NCBI RefSeq assembly: GCF_038025025.1
Contig: NW_027117341.1
Span: 1,674,001-1,738,000 of the forward strand
Direction: 5' to 3'
Origin: Phyllosticta citribraziliensis
Taxonomy: Eukaryota
Length of the DNA stretch: 64,000 nt
In this document: positions 44,908-57,683 of the stretch, piece after piece
How the letters are laid out: each line of letters starts with the position of its first letter
Numbering within the stretch: the first letter of the stretch is position 1
Notes under the pieces: model-generated
The model's input: only the letters and a program-made list of their open reading frames with translations
What the model was told of the DNA's origin: nothing
Databases searched by the model: none
Program-made: the position numbers and the translations under genes

Positions 44908-46825
44908 TCAATAGCGCCAGATCGCATCTGCCATCCGCACCGGCGCCATCATTCCTCGCTCGGGGTGCAGTCGCACAATGTCAGCCCCGCCCTGGACAGC
45001 CGCCGCCGTGGTGACAATCGTCGGCTCATTTCGCATCTTAGCATCTTTGGTGCCTGACGCTTTTCCGACGAAACCTTTTCGACTGGTGCCAATGAGCCAG
45101 GGAAAGCCTTCCAAGCCCGGCCACGCTCTCAGCTCGTCGAATCGCCGCAGAAGCTCCAGGTTCTGCTCGTACGTCTTTGCGAATCCGAATCCCGGGTCGA
45201 GGATGATGCGCCAACGGCGAATGCCAGCAGCTTCGGCTGCGCGGATTCGTTCTTTGAGTTCTTCGGCCACGCCGGCCACGACGCCGTCTTGGTACTCGGT
45301 TAGCTTCATCATGGTTTGCGGCGTTCCTCTCATGTGCATTAGACATATTGTGCAGCCAAGCTTTGCAACTGTGGGGAGGAGTTCGGGATCCATGATGCCT
45401 CCGCTGACGTCGTTGATGAAGTGGGCGCCAGCTTGAATGGAACGCTCTGCAACAGATGCTCGGTAAGTGTCGACGCTGATAGCAACCTTGGCGGCTTCAG
45501 GCATGGAGCGAATGAGTTGAATGGCGGACAGGACGCGGTTCACTTCTTCGACGTCGGATACTTCTGGCGCATTGGGCCTCGTGGACTGGCCGCCGATGTC
45601 AAGGATTGTGCAGCCCTCCTCGACCGTTTCGGACACTACTCGTTTCACTGCTTCTAAGTTGGCAGAAAAGCGAGCGTCGTCGCCTTCGACGTCGAATTTT
45701 GAACCGTTGGACTGAAGCGCTCCGCCGTCCGAGAAGGAGTCGGGAGTCATGTTCATGATTGCCATTGCGTGGGTTGGGCGATTTCTGCGGAGAGCTGTGA
45801 CTGGAGGCAGCGTGGATGACAGTGGTGTCATTGTTGAGATCGCATCCGACGACACTGGCTCAAGCTTTGCAAGATATTCGGACAAAGTTTCGGATCCAGC
45901 GCTGGGCAACACTGCGCCTGGAGTCATTCTATCACACGTCAATCGCCATTTCTGTCTCGGTCAAGCGTGGCGGACGTACTCGCATAGAGGTCGCAGGACG
46001 AATTCTCGTTCCCGCATCAGGGGATGTGGGATAGTAAGCCTGGGCTCGGAAACGCACACATTTCCATAGAGAAGAATGTCTAGATCGATGGTACGCGGCC
46101 CCTTGTCGATTACCTTCTTTCTATCCAAGCGTCTTTCGATGTCTTGTAGTTTATCGAGAAGCTGAATGGGGCTCAACGACGTCTCGATCTATGATGGTGT
46201 CAGTCTGAATCAGTTTCAAGCACCCACGGTCAAGATGCGGAGTCGGGCTGATTTTCCAGGGTGAATTTGTAGCTTTGATTTCGAGAAACTTGATTGTCTG
46301 GAGATTCGACATGCGGTGGTACAGTGACAACAAAACATTGGAGTAAAAACAGCAGGCAAAGTCTGCGCACCCGCCGGGACTAACCTCGCAAGCTCCATTC
46401 AAAAATCTGTCTTGGTCTTTGACGTACATGGGTTCAGTCTCCCAAAGGTTGCTCGTGCGAAGAACTCTGATGTCACCGTCACTTTCCATGGCCCGGCAGG
46501 CCTTTTCAATCATGGAAATGCGGTCTCCCATGTTGCTGCCAAGGGCAATGAAGGCCTTGTTGAAAGCCTGGTCCGACTGAGCCTGGCCATGCTGCAGTCG
46601 TTTAAATTCGGATACTCCATGTCCCGCAAGTGTGCTGCGAGGTTTGCTGGCGCATGACAGCTTTCGTGACGTGACCATTGGGGCAATCAGTCGTGGAGAG
46701 CAAGGATCAAAGCTTTTCCTTGCGCAGAATCCATGAGGACTCGAGATTTGGCGAAGAGAGGAGGGAAAGGTTCTATGCAGAGGAAGACAATTGAGTTTGA
46801 GGCATTGCCTGGCAGACATTTGCAT
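44908..46825 (-). CDS. FOL1: Folate synthesis protein: HPPK plus dihydropteroate synthase, with putative mitochondrial presequence
   Basis: HPPK motifs IALGSNMG and RTIDLDILLY. DHPS motifs NMTPDSFSDGG, DIGGQSTRP, SVDTY, INDVSGG, MHMRGTP, DPGFGFAK, SRKGF. Introns 46189-46384 and 45929-45979. Start could be 46825 or 46819. Confidence 0.93.
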
Positions 46826-46925
46826 CGTGGTCGGGCGGTGAAGGGTCGCGTAGCGGCGGAACCAAGCCAATGCAGCCCAGGTGTTGGCCGGGGAGTCGGC
46901 AAAAAAGCTCCGACGAAAGCTCCGC

Positions 46926-46932
46926 TGACTCA
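46926..46932. promoter_or_regulatory. TGACTCA (Gcn4/CpcA-type site) in the FOL1 / nitronate monooxygenase divergent promoter
   Basis: Perfect TGACTCA within GCTGACTCAGC, ~100 bp upstream of the FOL1 ATG. Confidence 0.5.
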
Positions 46933-47162
46933 GCGTCAGCCGACCGTATCACCTTGGCCTGGTCCATACCCGGAAAGTCAAGTCGTCCCCTCTGTTGACT
47001 GCCGAGGCTCGTCGACTCCATTATGGCTTACCTCCACCACCCAGCCCGAGGATCACTACTAATACACCTCTCGTTTCTACCTCCAACTTCTCCTTCTTAA
47101 CCCCCACCGGACTGCCCTTCTTTCAATCTCCAATCGCGACTCCACCAACACAATCACTCGCC

Positions 47163-48343
47163 ATGGCCTCGCCTCGTATGTTGACAGCTCCTTGTTTGCC
47201 TGTCCTCGACCTTGGCTGACCGAATATCCAGAGCAGCTCCGCACCACCGCCACCGATCTGCTCAAGATTAACCACCCCGTGCTTCTCGCCGGCATGAACG
47301 TCGCTGCCGGCCCCAAGCTGGCTGCCGCTGTCACGAACGCAGGCGGCCTGGGCGTCATTGGTGGAGTTGGTTACACTCCGGACATGCTGCGCGAGCAGAT
47401 TGCAGAGCTCAAGTCATTTCTGAAGGACAAGAATGCACCTTTCGGCGTCGACTTGCTACTTCCTCAGGTTGGAGGTAGCGCGCGCAAGACCAAGTAGGCT
47501 GGCTGCACTCGTGCTCTTAGCAGGTTGGCTGACTATTCCAGCTACGACTACACCAAGGGCAAGCTTGACGAGCTCATTACCATCATCATTGAGGAAGGCG
47601 CGAAGCTCTTCGTTTGCGCCATCGGTGTCCCTCCCAAGCCCGTCGTCGAGCGCCTCCACAAAGCCGGCATCCTGTACATGAACATGATCGGTCACCCCAA
47701 GCACGTCCAGAAGTGTCTAGACCTGGGTGTGGACCTCATCTGCGCCCAGGGTGGCGAGGGCGGCGGTCACACGGGCGATGTTCCCACAACTATCCTCATT
47801 CCCACGGTCGCGAAGCTCTGCGAAGGCAAGAAGTCGCCTTTGACCGGCGCACCCGTTCAAGTTATTGCGGCTGGTGGTATTTTCAACGGACAATCTCTGG
47901 CTGCCGCCCTGATGCTCGGCGCTTCTGCTGTTTGGGTTGGAACGCGCTTTGTCTTGTCCGAAGAGGCTGGCGCTCCCAAGGCGCACCAAGAGGCCGTCCG
48001 CACTGCTGGATTTGACGACAACGTCCGCACCATCATCTTTACTGGCCGCCCGCTGCGTGTGAGGACCAACTCCTACATCACGAACTGGGAGACCAACCGC
48101 CAGGAAGAAATCAAGGAGTTGACTGCGAAGGGTGTCATCCCTGTCGAGTACGACCTGGAAAAGATGGGCGACGACATTGATGACGACACAATGGACAACG
48201 CGCGTCCGTTCCTGATGGGCAAGGCTGCTGCAGTCGTCAACGAGAGGAAGAGCGCAAAGGTTATCATTGACGAGATGGTCGGCGAGGCCGTTGAGCAACT
48301 CAGCAAGGGCAACACAGCCATTGCGACCAAGTCGAAGCTGTAG
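47163..48343 (+). CDS. Nitronate monooxygenase / 2-nitropropane dioxygenase family FMN oxidoreductase
   Basis: PVLLAGMN, AVTNAGGLGVIG, AQGGEGGGHTG, VIAAGGI, GASAVWVGTRF. Introns 47176-47231 and 47494-47541. Confidence 0.93.
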
Positions 48344-49087
48344 CCCAGTCTTTTGGACCAGGATTTCTGTCACCTCCAGCCATTTCTCTTGAATCTCAGC
48401 ACTTGGATCACAGCAGTCTCTTGGGTTAGTTCATGAATCTAGTTGACCGATACCAATCAATTACAACATCTATGATTACGACATCACCTTTAGCAAGAGT
48501 CCAAGATCCTGAGACCTGCGCACTCCCCCGCAGACTCTGCACGAAAGGCTTAACGAAATGGGTGATTGTAGCCTCGTGCTCCTTGACTTTAGCCTTTAGC
48601 TGTCGCAAATCTCCAAGCCAAACAGCTGTGCAAACGCCAGATGCGGTCTTTTGACGCCGAGAGTGTCCCACGGCAGGCGACTTCACCAAACACGTGCCAA
48701 ATTATCAATTGCTTACAAGTCCGCACTGCCACAGCCTACTGACCCCACAAGACTTTTCTTGACACGTGCAGAATGTCCATTACCGTGGCGCCAACTGATT
48801 ACAAAGACATTGGCGTTTCCATTTGCTCCAATGTGCGGCCGAAGGACGAGGCTGCACCACCTGCCCGCATACTCCCGCGTTTAACAGTATCACAGAGCCG
48901 TGCCATAGCTGCGCCCAAAACCACGAAAGCAATGGCCCCCAAGGACAGACGCCTGCCGTGCGACCATCTCCCTCGTATATCGGTACGATGAAATTCAGCA
49001 GCCAGCTACTCGAGTCTCAGCGGCTTTCGAGGCGAAGTGCACCGAAAGCAAACAAGCCTCGCCAAAGTCTCCGCCGCCGGTCTTGAC

Positions 49088-50137
49088 ATGGACACGCCGC
49101 CGCTGTCTTCGCGTCCCAGGACTGGGCGAGCAGTTCGAACTCGGCTCAAGTTCATTGGCATCATCGTCGCCAGCGCTGTCGGTGGTGGTGTCGCGCAAAA
49201 CCAAAATGGCTCCGTTCCAAGATGCTACTACCCCAACGGACAGACTGCGACCGACGACTACGCCTGCTACCTCAATACCACGCAGTCGTTCTGCTGCACC
49301 GAAGGCGTCAAGTGCCTAGAGAACAAAATCTGCGATTTCATCAACCCGACTGAATACCGTTTCAACCGCGGTACTTGCACCGACAAGACGTGGACTTCGC
49401 CCGCGTGTCCAAGCTTTTGCCAGGGTGCGTACGGCCCAGTGGCCAGCTTCTGAAGCACGACCATTGCAAAGTCAGCAGAGGAACGTCAGACTGATTCTCA
49501 GGCGAAAACAGCCTTCCGAACGGATTATGGCTCAGGCGTCGTCAAGTGTCCCGGAACGACAAAGGTCTGCTGCGATAATGGCAACAACGACTCCAACGCG
49601 ACGTGCTGCTTCGACCCTTCCCGCCTGTTTGACATGCCCAGCGGCTGGGAAGCGTTCCGCGAAATCGACTCTTCGGCGGAGACTGCAGTAGTCAACCTCC
49701 AAACATCGCAAACTGCGACGGCGACTACATCGGCGGTGGGAGATGCCACCGCTAGCTCTTCGCCAGGTGGCAGCGAAGCAAGCGTTGGTACTGCCACGAT
49801 AGTAGGCGCAGCGGTGGGCGGCGTTGCCGGTGTGGGGGTGCTCATTCTACTGGCACTGCTCTACCTGAAGAGAAGAAAGCGGCAAGGCCGTACCGGTGGA
49901 TTTGCAGGCTCGCGGCTGAGACTATGGATGAGGAAGAAGCAGAGAGGATCAGCTGAACTGGAGGGCCGTACAACTCTTATCCACGAGCTGGCTGATCGAG
50001 GGTCGCGGCATGAGTTGGGCGCAAAGGAGACGCCGGCAGAGTTGAGCGGCGCGAGAGAGGGCACGGTGCATGAAATGGAAGGCTCTTCGCCTTTGAACAG
50101 GGGCGCAAAGACGCCAGGTGTTGGAATCAACTTGTAG
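49088..50137 (+). CDS. Type I membrane protein: Cys-rich ectodomain, Ser/Thr stalk, single TM, cytosolic tail (Mid2/Wsc-like architecture)
   Basis: CYYPNG..ACYL..FCC..CLENKIC..RGTCTDKTW..CPSFC. Intron 49425-49511 keeps frame. TM IVGAAVGGVAGVGVLILLALLYL followed by KRRKR. Confidence 0.82.
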
Positions 50138-50272
50138 CGGCTACTGGGGTTCAAAGATCTCTATCGTCGGAACATTACACATTCAGTTCATTAATTATTC
50201 CCAGCCCGGACCGCGAGATTACTGCAACTCTTTCCACCGCTCATAGCCGCACAAATTTTCAATCGGAGGAAG

Positions 50273-51220
50273 TCAAAGTCCCACAGTTGCCCAGATGAGA
50301 CCCAGCACCGCAACGAAGCCGCTGCTCGAGTAGGGCACTCCAATTCCATTGGCAGCTCCCGTCGCTGAAGAGTTGGCTGCGGACGCAGACGCCGTCACTG
50401 TCACCGTGGCGGCAGCAGCCGACGAAGAGCTGCTGGGGTCGCCACCGGTGCAACCACTCTGGCAGCCTTGAATAATCTCGCAGTGCTCTGAAGTGTTGCC
50501 GCAGAATCTGCCCAGAGAATCAGTCGAGACTAGTCCCCTACACCGCATAACCCCTTAGTCTCCCCCTCTTCCCCTTTGTTTTCGTCTCCAACCGCACAAA
50601 GCAAGCAAACAAACAAGCCCGCACAGAACAACAAAAAAGATAGCCAAACTTACCCATACTTGCTACAACACGGACCGTACTTGTAGACGCCAAACTCGGC
50701 CAGCGCGTCCGGCCCGAAGCCAGCGTCGCACCGCGCGTTGTTCTTGTCGACGCCGCACTGCCCGTCGCAGCGCGGACTCGTGCCCTGCGAGCTCCAGCTG
50801 CACGCCGGGTTGCCGAGCGTGTAGCTGCTGGGCAGCGCGCAGTTGCCGAAGCCGGCCTGGCAGCCTTCGCCGCAGTCGTGCGTTGTGCCGCCGCAGAATC
50901 TGTGATGGTTGGGGTGTCAGTTTGGGGGATGGGCTTTTGGAGTGAATGGGGGGAAGAGGGTGAGTTCAGGGGATGGAGGGTGGGCTTTACCCCTCGGCGC
51001 TGCAGCATGGGAAAATTCCACTGATGAGGCAGGTCCGGTTTCCGTTTTCAGGTCCGCATTTTTCATCTGTCGTCAAGGGCAGCGGCTGCGTCGTCCAAGT
51101 CGAATTCGTCAAGTTTGTTGCGGTCCCGTTGGCTTCGAGCGTGCCATTCGTCGCCTGCGCAGCCACCGATGCGGCCAGCGTCGCCAGCAGGAACGGCAGG
51201 AACGACATCGGCGTCGTCAT
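50273..51220 (-). CDS. Secreted, probably GPI-anchored chitin-binding protein with two hevein (CBM18) domains and no catalytic domain
   Basis: Signal peptide; CG..C..CCSAEGFCG..C..GCQAGFGNC and CG..C..CCSKYGFCG..C..GCQSGC; Ser/Ala/Thr linker and hydrophobic C-terminus. Introns 50900-50990 and 50508-50653. Confidence 0.88.
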
Positions 51221-51954
51221 CACGGCAACAAAGAAGTATCCAATGGCAAAAGAGTGAGGAGGTAAGGTAGCTGGGTAGGAGAGCAGTCGAGCGAGCGACG
51301 ACTGGACCAGGCTCGACCTTCACTGACTGAAAGCAGCAGGGGCTGGGCTGGGCTGGATGGAGCAGAAGGGAAATTTGCGATCGAGAAGAAACTTAAGACA
51401 AGAAGCGAATGCGAACAAAGACTGCGTTCCAGATCTCTCCCCTCTACCCGCCGCCCATCGCACACACGCACAAAGCCATCACTTCAGGTGAGCGCAAATG
51501 ATCTGGCCGCGCCGTCTGGGGAGACACAGAGCCTCGTGCGTCGCATGTGTCGCGCCTGCCGTCGGCCGTCGTGGTCGTGGTCGTTCGGGCTTCGACACGC
51601 TCGTCCTTTTGCTGATCCAGCTGAACTGCTGCCCGCTGCGCTCTTGTTGCATTTTGTCTGTCTAGGCCCGATGTGGAGATTGCTCGTTGCGTCGCCATGA
51701 CAGTGGTGGACCACGGCGACTTACTGATGACTGGACCACGGTATGACCCCGCAGCTGACGGCGGCATCGTATGCCGTGGGACGTGGGCGGCGGGAGCGGA
51801 CTTTTAGAGCATGGTCGTAAGCAGGACGAGGTGAGGCTGGGAGTGGGGGCCACATGCAGCCTTGCGGACTTTCAGCCTTGATAATGTTGGACTGCAGGTT
51901 TTCCACGGCGTCCCGCGTTTCTTCCCTCCAAACAAAAAGGAAAATTGCCACGAG

Positions 51955-54506
51955 ATGACGGATCCTTTCAGCATCGCTCTCGGCTGCATAACCATAATCG
52001 AGAGCTTGAACAGCACCATTGAGCTTGTAAGGACTTACATTCATTCGGACAAAAGCGCCAACAGAACGCTTTGCGCATTGGCCGTAAAACTCGAAAACTT
52101 CAAAGGCATCATCGGAGGCATCAGGGTCCAGGCTCAACTGGAGGAAGAACACCAAGTCGAACTGCATCTCGTTGCGCAAGACCATGCAATTGGGGCCGTG
52201 GAAGCCTGCAAACAGGCCATCGAAAGGATCCGTGGCAGGCTGAAAACCATGTGGAAGTTTGACTTCTTTGGAAAACCAATCGCTGTCGGGAAAGTGATTG
52301 ATGATGAAATTGCCGGATCCTTGAAACAGTTCGACGATGCGATGACTTTGTTGCAGTCTGCACTCGAGGCCGATCAAAGGTACGTCCTTGAGCGGTAGAA
52401 GAGGATACCGCCGACCGTTTGTCGGAGCGTACTGATGTTGCATGTCCAAGGAAACTGTCCATGGCAGTCTACGAAAATACCAAGAAGACGGGCCAGCAGG
52501 TCGGAGAGATTGCCCGCATCATGAGCACGGCAAGCGACGAAAAAGAAAAACAAGCACTGAGAGACTGGCTGACAACGTTCGATCCGACCGAAACACATCG
52601 GTCCTCCCTAGCCGTGGCATTTCCAGGTGCTGGAAGGTGGTTCCTGGACGGAGAATTCGGCAATTGGATCCGCCATCCGGAAAAGAAACCGAGAACTCTC
52701 TGGCTAAAGGGGGCGTCCGGAATGGGGAAGACTACTCTCATGTCACTCGCCATCGAGTGCCTGCGGCGGGAACATGGGTTCGAGAGAGACTCCCGCAATC
52801 TCGTAGCCTACTTCTATTGCTCTTCCGGCCTGAAGGATGCTCAAGAAGCCGACGTCATGCTGAAGTCGTTCATCAAACAGCTCTGCGACCGACTGTCTGA
52901 CCAACAGTCCTGGGCTGCAGTCCGCGCGCTCCGCAGAAGCCTCGAAGATAGTCGCAGTGAGCAGAGGGGAAAGGCTTCGCTCGAACGCTTACAGAAAACA
53001 ATCGGACACATCTGCGGACTGTCTCAACGAGTCGTCCTAGTCCTGGATTCCATGAACGAGGGGAGAGACCCAGACGATCTCGTGAAGGCGATTACGGGAT
53101 GTCTGCCGCGCTCCAGCAGATTGCAAGTCCTCGTTTCGAGCCTTGAGTCTGTCGACTTTTTTAAGCATCTTCCCCAGGCCAAGGTCGTCGAAGTTCAAAT
53201 GGCGGCGAGAAAAGTCGACTTTGACATTGCGAGTTTTATCCATGAGAAGATGAATAATGAGAAAGGACTTCGGACGCTCCCCGCGCCCCTCAAGCAGAAG
53301 ATCCAGGACACCGTTAAAGAACGAGCCAATGGATCGTGAGCCAACCTCTGACGACTTTTGCAGTCCTGAGCAGCTCGCTAACACTTCTCCAGCTTCCGCT
53401 GGGCGGAATGCCAAATTGCGGCCGTAAGAAAAGCGCGGTTTCCAGCGAAGGTGTTAGATGCTCTGGAAGAGACGCCTTCGACTCTGGAGGGTATCTACTC
53501 CGCGATTCTCAGCAAGTTTGAAGACGACGAAGACGCAAAAGTCTTGACCCGCAAGATGCTCATCTGGCTCACGTTCTCGCGCCGCGAACTGCAGGTCGAC
53601 GAGTTGACCGAGGCCATGTGCCTCGATCCGAGGTCGCCAAAGCTCGTCCGCGAATCCAGGAGGCCATTCGCAGACGCGGTCGAAGAAATACTGCAAGGCT
53701 GCCGCGACCTCGTCAGCTACGACGCCAACAAGAAAGTTGCAAAACTGGCCCACGACTCTGTCCGGCAATTCCTGCTCCACCTGAAGCCCGGAAAAGGTCC
53801 CCAAAGCTACTACGCCATTGACGAAGTGGAAGACGCGGGACTGCTGTGCTCTCTCATGTTGCGGTACTTGAACCTGCCGGATATGAGCTCTGGACACTGC
53901 CCCCGAGACAAGCTGCCGGAGAGGCTTGTCAACTGGCCGCTTTTGAATTACGTCTCCTTTGCTTTTCCGTCCATCCTAGAGGACGAGCCGTGGGACCAAG
54001 GCGCAAACCGCCGCTTCGTTGAGAAAAACCTCGGAGAGTTGATGGACTCAGCCTCCTCCAAGCCAGGCGGCGGCAATTTTGGCTCTTGGGTTCAAGTGGC
54101 AGTGCCCGAGGCCAATTTTTGTCTGTGCAAGGAAGTATATCCAATCTACTTTGCGGCAAGTCGGGGCTACACGCGCATATTGAAGTGCGTCCTGAAATGG
54201 CAAGGAAACAGAAACATCGATACGCCAGCCGGAGTCCGCGGTTCGACGCCTCTGCACATTGCGTGCGTTCAGGGGCGCGCCAAAGCCGTCGAGATTCTTC
54301 TCAAAAATGGGGCGGATGTGAACGAAAGGAACGCATTTGGCGAAAGGGGAATTGAGTTTGCGCATCGATACGGTTACAAAGATATTGTGAAGTTATTGCA
54401 GGAAAATGGGGCCAGACCATACGATACCACGATTGAAGTCAACCCTGACTCCAGAGACTTGCACGCACGGCCAGGAGCGAGAGCGGGAATGGCGAGGCTG
54501 CAGTGA
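51955..54506 (+). CDS. Fungal NLR-like STAND protein (~807 aa): HeLo-like/SesA N-terminus, NACHT NTPase, winged helix, ankyrin repeats
   Basis: MTDPFSIALG N-terminus; GAGRWFL, Walker A GASGMGKT, AYFYC, Walker B VLVLDSMNE, GSFRWAECQI, AHDSVRQFL; ankyrin TPLHIACVQG..LLKNGADVN. Introns 52380-52450 and 53336-53392. Confidence 0.9.
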
Positions 54507-55262
54507 CGAAATTCTATGATTAGTGGCGTGTTGTAGCATCGGTTACCATTCTGTCTGGAGTCTAGTATCATGGCTGGTCGGTCTTTAAAATATGCCTGTT
54601 CATCCAGTTCAGTTCTTGCACTCTCAGGATCATTCAATTCGTGTTCAGAAAGCATACATCAAGCCAGAGACGCCAACGTTCAGCAGACACCGTTGTCGCT
54701 GAGAAAAAGGCACAATCGACGACATGTAGAGCCGAAACAGGTTCCAGGGACGGTGTTGAACGCTGTTGCGGGCGAGGTGCCGCTTTTCGCAAAAAAGCTG
54801 AGGGCGGATCACATTTCCGTCGAAAGCAGTGGCAGGAGGTCGAAGCCAGTGGCAGCGAAGCCGCCAGCATTGGCGCGCGAGAGCTGCGAGGTGATTCAAT
54901 TGCTGCAGCGGCCGTGAAGGTTTGGCGCTCTCAAAAGAATTCGAAGACGAGCGAACATGTGAGAAGGATTCTGACTCGAAATGTCCAGAATCGGGCGTGA
55001 TGGTATTGTTTAGTCGATATTTTGTACTGCAGTCTGCCCGAAAACGCGACTGCCGATGTGCAAGTTGCAGGATGTTTGTGTGGCTGGCAAGGAGATGTCG
55101 GAAGTCCCTCAGGACAAGGCGTGTCAGGCGAGCCAGCGGATACAAGATGACGGGCGCCAGATATCAAACCGATTGGCTGTATCTGACAACCATCAGCGCA
55201 TACCAACACCAAACCACCCACCGAACCAGTCCAAGACAGACACCTACCGTCCCCATCTCACC

Positions 55263-57683
55263 CTACACCCCCAGAGCCTCACCCCACACCCTCCTCACAC
55301 GCTCAAGCACCTCCCTCACCGTCCTCTTCTCCCCTCTCCTCTCCAACCCACTCAACCCACCCCACTGCCACGCGCGCTCAAAAGCATCCAACGCCACCTC
55401 CAACGCCCCCTCATCAAACACGCCAACGCCCGCCGCTGTCGCATTGACGACGTGCTCGAAGAAGATGCGCCACCGCGGCACGTAGTACGACGACACGAGC
55501 CCCGCCCACGGCTTCGACGCGTAGTCGGAGATCTCGCCGCGCGGGCCCCACAGCGTGGGCTGGTTGCGCGCGTTGTATGTGAGCAGCGCGAGGTCCGCGG
55601 GAGACGTGGTGCTGGTGTTGGCGGATGCGACGGGGGCGGCCCACGCGCGCGCCGACGCGACCCATGTCGCGAGGGAGAAGTGCTCGTTGGTGGACAAGAC
55701 GTCGTCGAGCGTTTCGAGCAGGGACGTCATGGTTTTGGTTTTGCTTGCCAGGAGAGCTGCTGTGGTGTTCGCGTTTGTTGTGTGGTTAGCTGCATCTAGG
55801 CTTGCGTTGCGAGCGGCTACGAAGTCGGTGTACAGCGACGTGAACTTGTTGCTGAGCACCTGGCGCGTCACGTCGACCATGTCGTACTGGAAGGCTGGGT
55901 TGGCCCACAGCGCGGGCGCGGCGGCAGTAGCCTCGTAGAAGAGAAGCCAAACTTGCACGAGCGAGTCTTGGTCGTAGGTGATGGTGGTGGCGTGGTGGCC
56001 GGTGCGGTTTGTCAGGCCGTAGAGCGCCGGCTGCAGTTCGAAGATGGATTTGGTCACGGCGTTGGTGGTGAGGGCCGTGTTGTTGTAGACAGTTGAGCGG
56101 AGCGTGTCCCACGCTTTGAAGAGTTCGGATGGAATGCTGGGACTACCGGCGTAGCGACTCGAGACCCAGTTGCTGAAGTATTTTGACGTTTCGATTGGAG
56201 TGCTGGACCATGCCTGATCGAGGAGAAGGTCGTAGACAATTTCGTTGCCCTCTTGGCCCTCCATGGTCAACCCAAAACCGACGAGAGTGCTCGAGTTTGA
56301 GAGTGCCTCGATGGGATTGATTGTGACATTTTCGATTTGTCCATACAATCCAATGTTTCCTCCGTAGTCGTGGAGCTGGCACCATATCCAGGGCTTGCCG
56401 TAGTAAGAATTCGTCCTCTGCCATTGAGGCTGGCTCTCGGAGAAGAGGTCAAGGACGAGCATGTCATCGTCCTCTTCAACACCAGACAGATACGCTTCGA
56501 CTCTCTCGTCGGTCCAGAAATCGCTGTTGGAGTAAAAGAGCCATCCTTGCATCATCCAGATTGCTTCCGGGTCGGCCGCTTTGAAGGCCTTCCACGTGTT
56601 GTAAGTAACGTTTCTGAGATAGTCCAGGTCTCCCGAATAAGGGTCGTTCTCGTTGTACTGGTCCATTGTGTAGATATGAGACACGTTCCCGTATACGTTT
56701 GCCTGTTTTTCGATGAAGCTTTTTTGCAAGGTTGTGAAAGCCTCGTCGAATGGTTCCAAGAAAGTGACGTTGGTGTACTCTGGCGCAAAACCGTTCCACT
56801 GCGAGCCATTGACTATCGTCGCATTTGGCAAGACACGACTGATTGCTCTTGGGACGAAGCCAGTAAACGACGGCAGCACTGGCGTCATACCAAGGTCCAC
56901 CATTCTCTTGACAATCTTCTTCTGAAGCTCAAGCTGGCCATCGATCCATGAAGTAGGAAGCTTTCCGCCCCAGGATCCTTGGATATTTCCAAAGCGATTC
57001 CAGCTTTGAAAGGCTGGACCACTGAGGAACGTCTCAATCTCTGCATCTGTAAGACCGATCTCCTGGAATACCTCGACCAATATCTTCTCAGCGCCCACCC
57101 AGGCCAATGGGAGGTTGACGCCGCGCAGAGCCAGCCAGTCGAGCTCAAGTTCCCAGTCTTCCCAGGTCCAGAATGCAGTCGTGTATGAGAATGTCACTGG
57201 GGTTGTTAGAGAAGACTTTGCATAGATAGTGTCCAACCGCACCTGTGTTGAAATGATACCTCCATGGCACGAGGGCGGATCCAGTCAGAGTCCCGTTGAC
57301 TTGAGGGAGGCGCGCGGGTGCCAAGTGCAGGCGAGATCCAATGAACCAATAGATGTCAACATGTACCACGTCCGCGAGGTATCGATGCAGTCTTGATGAA
57401 ATTCGTCAATAGAGCATTCCTTCGTGATGAACGAAACGTACCCGCTCGCAAGGCCGCTCAGTGAGTTTGACTCAATCTTGACCTGTCCAGTCGCTGGAGT
57501 TGAAACAGAGTAATGGTCATAGCCTGGGCTATTCGCCGTCTGATTCGAGATGACAAAATGGAAGTCGGCTGCATGATCTGGCAGGCGCCGCGTTACGAGG
57601 TCAACGAGGCCCTGCGTAGTCCCGGTGGTAGCCGATACGACAGCAGCAGCGACTGTTGACAGCCACACCACTGAAAAACGCAT
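55263..57683 (-). CDS. Secreted alpha-N-acetylglucosaminidase (GH89, NAGLU family)
   Basis: Signal peptide; RYHFNTVTFSYTTAFWTWEDWELELDWLALRGVNLPLA, WNRFGNIQGSWGG, DQYNEN, TMEGQEGNE, NARNQPTLWGP, DYASKPWAGL. Introns 57392-57441 and 57197-57242. Confidence 0.95.

Noticed and set aside
54540..55200. ORFs between the NLR and GH89
   Set aside because: No motifs or consistent splice model; probably overlapping 3' regions.
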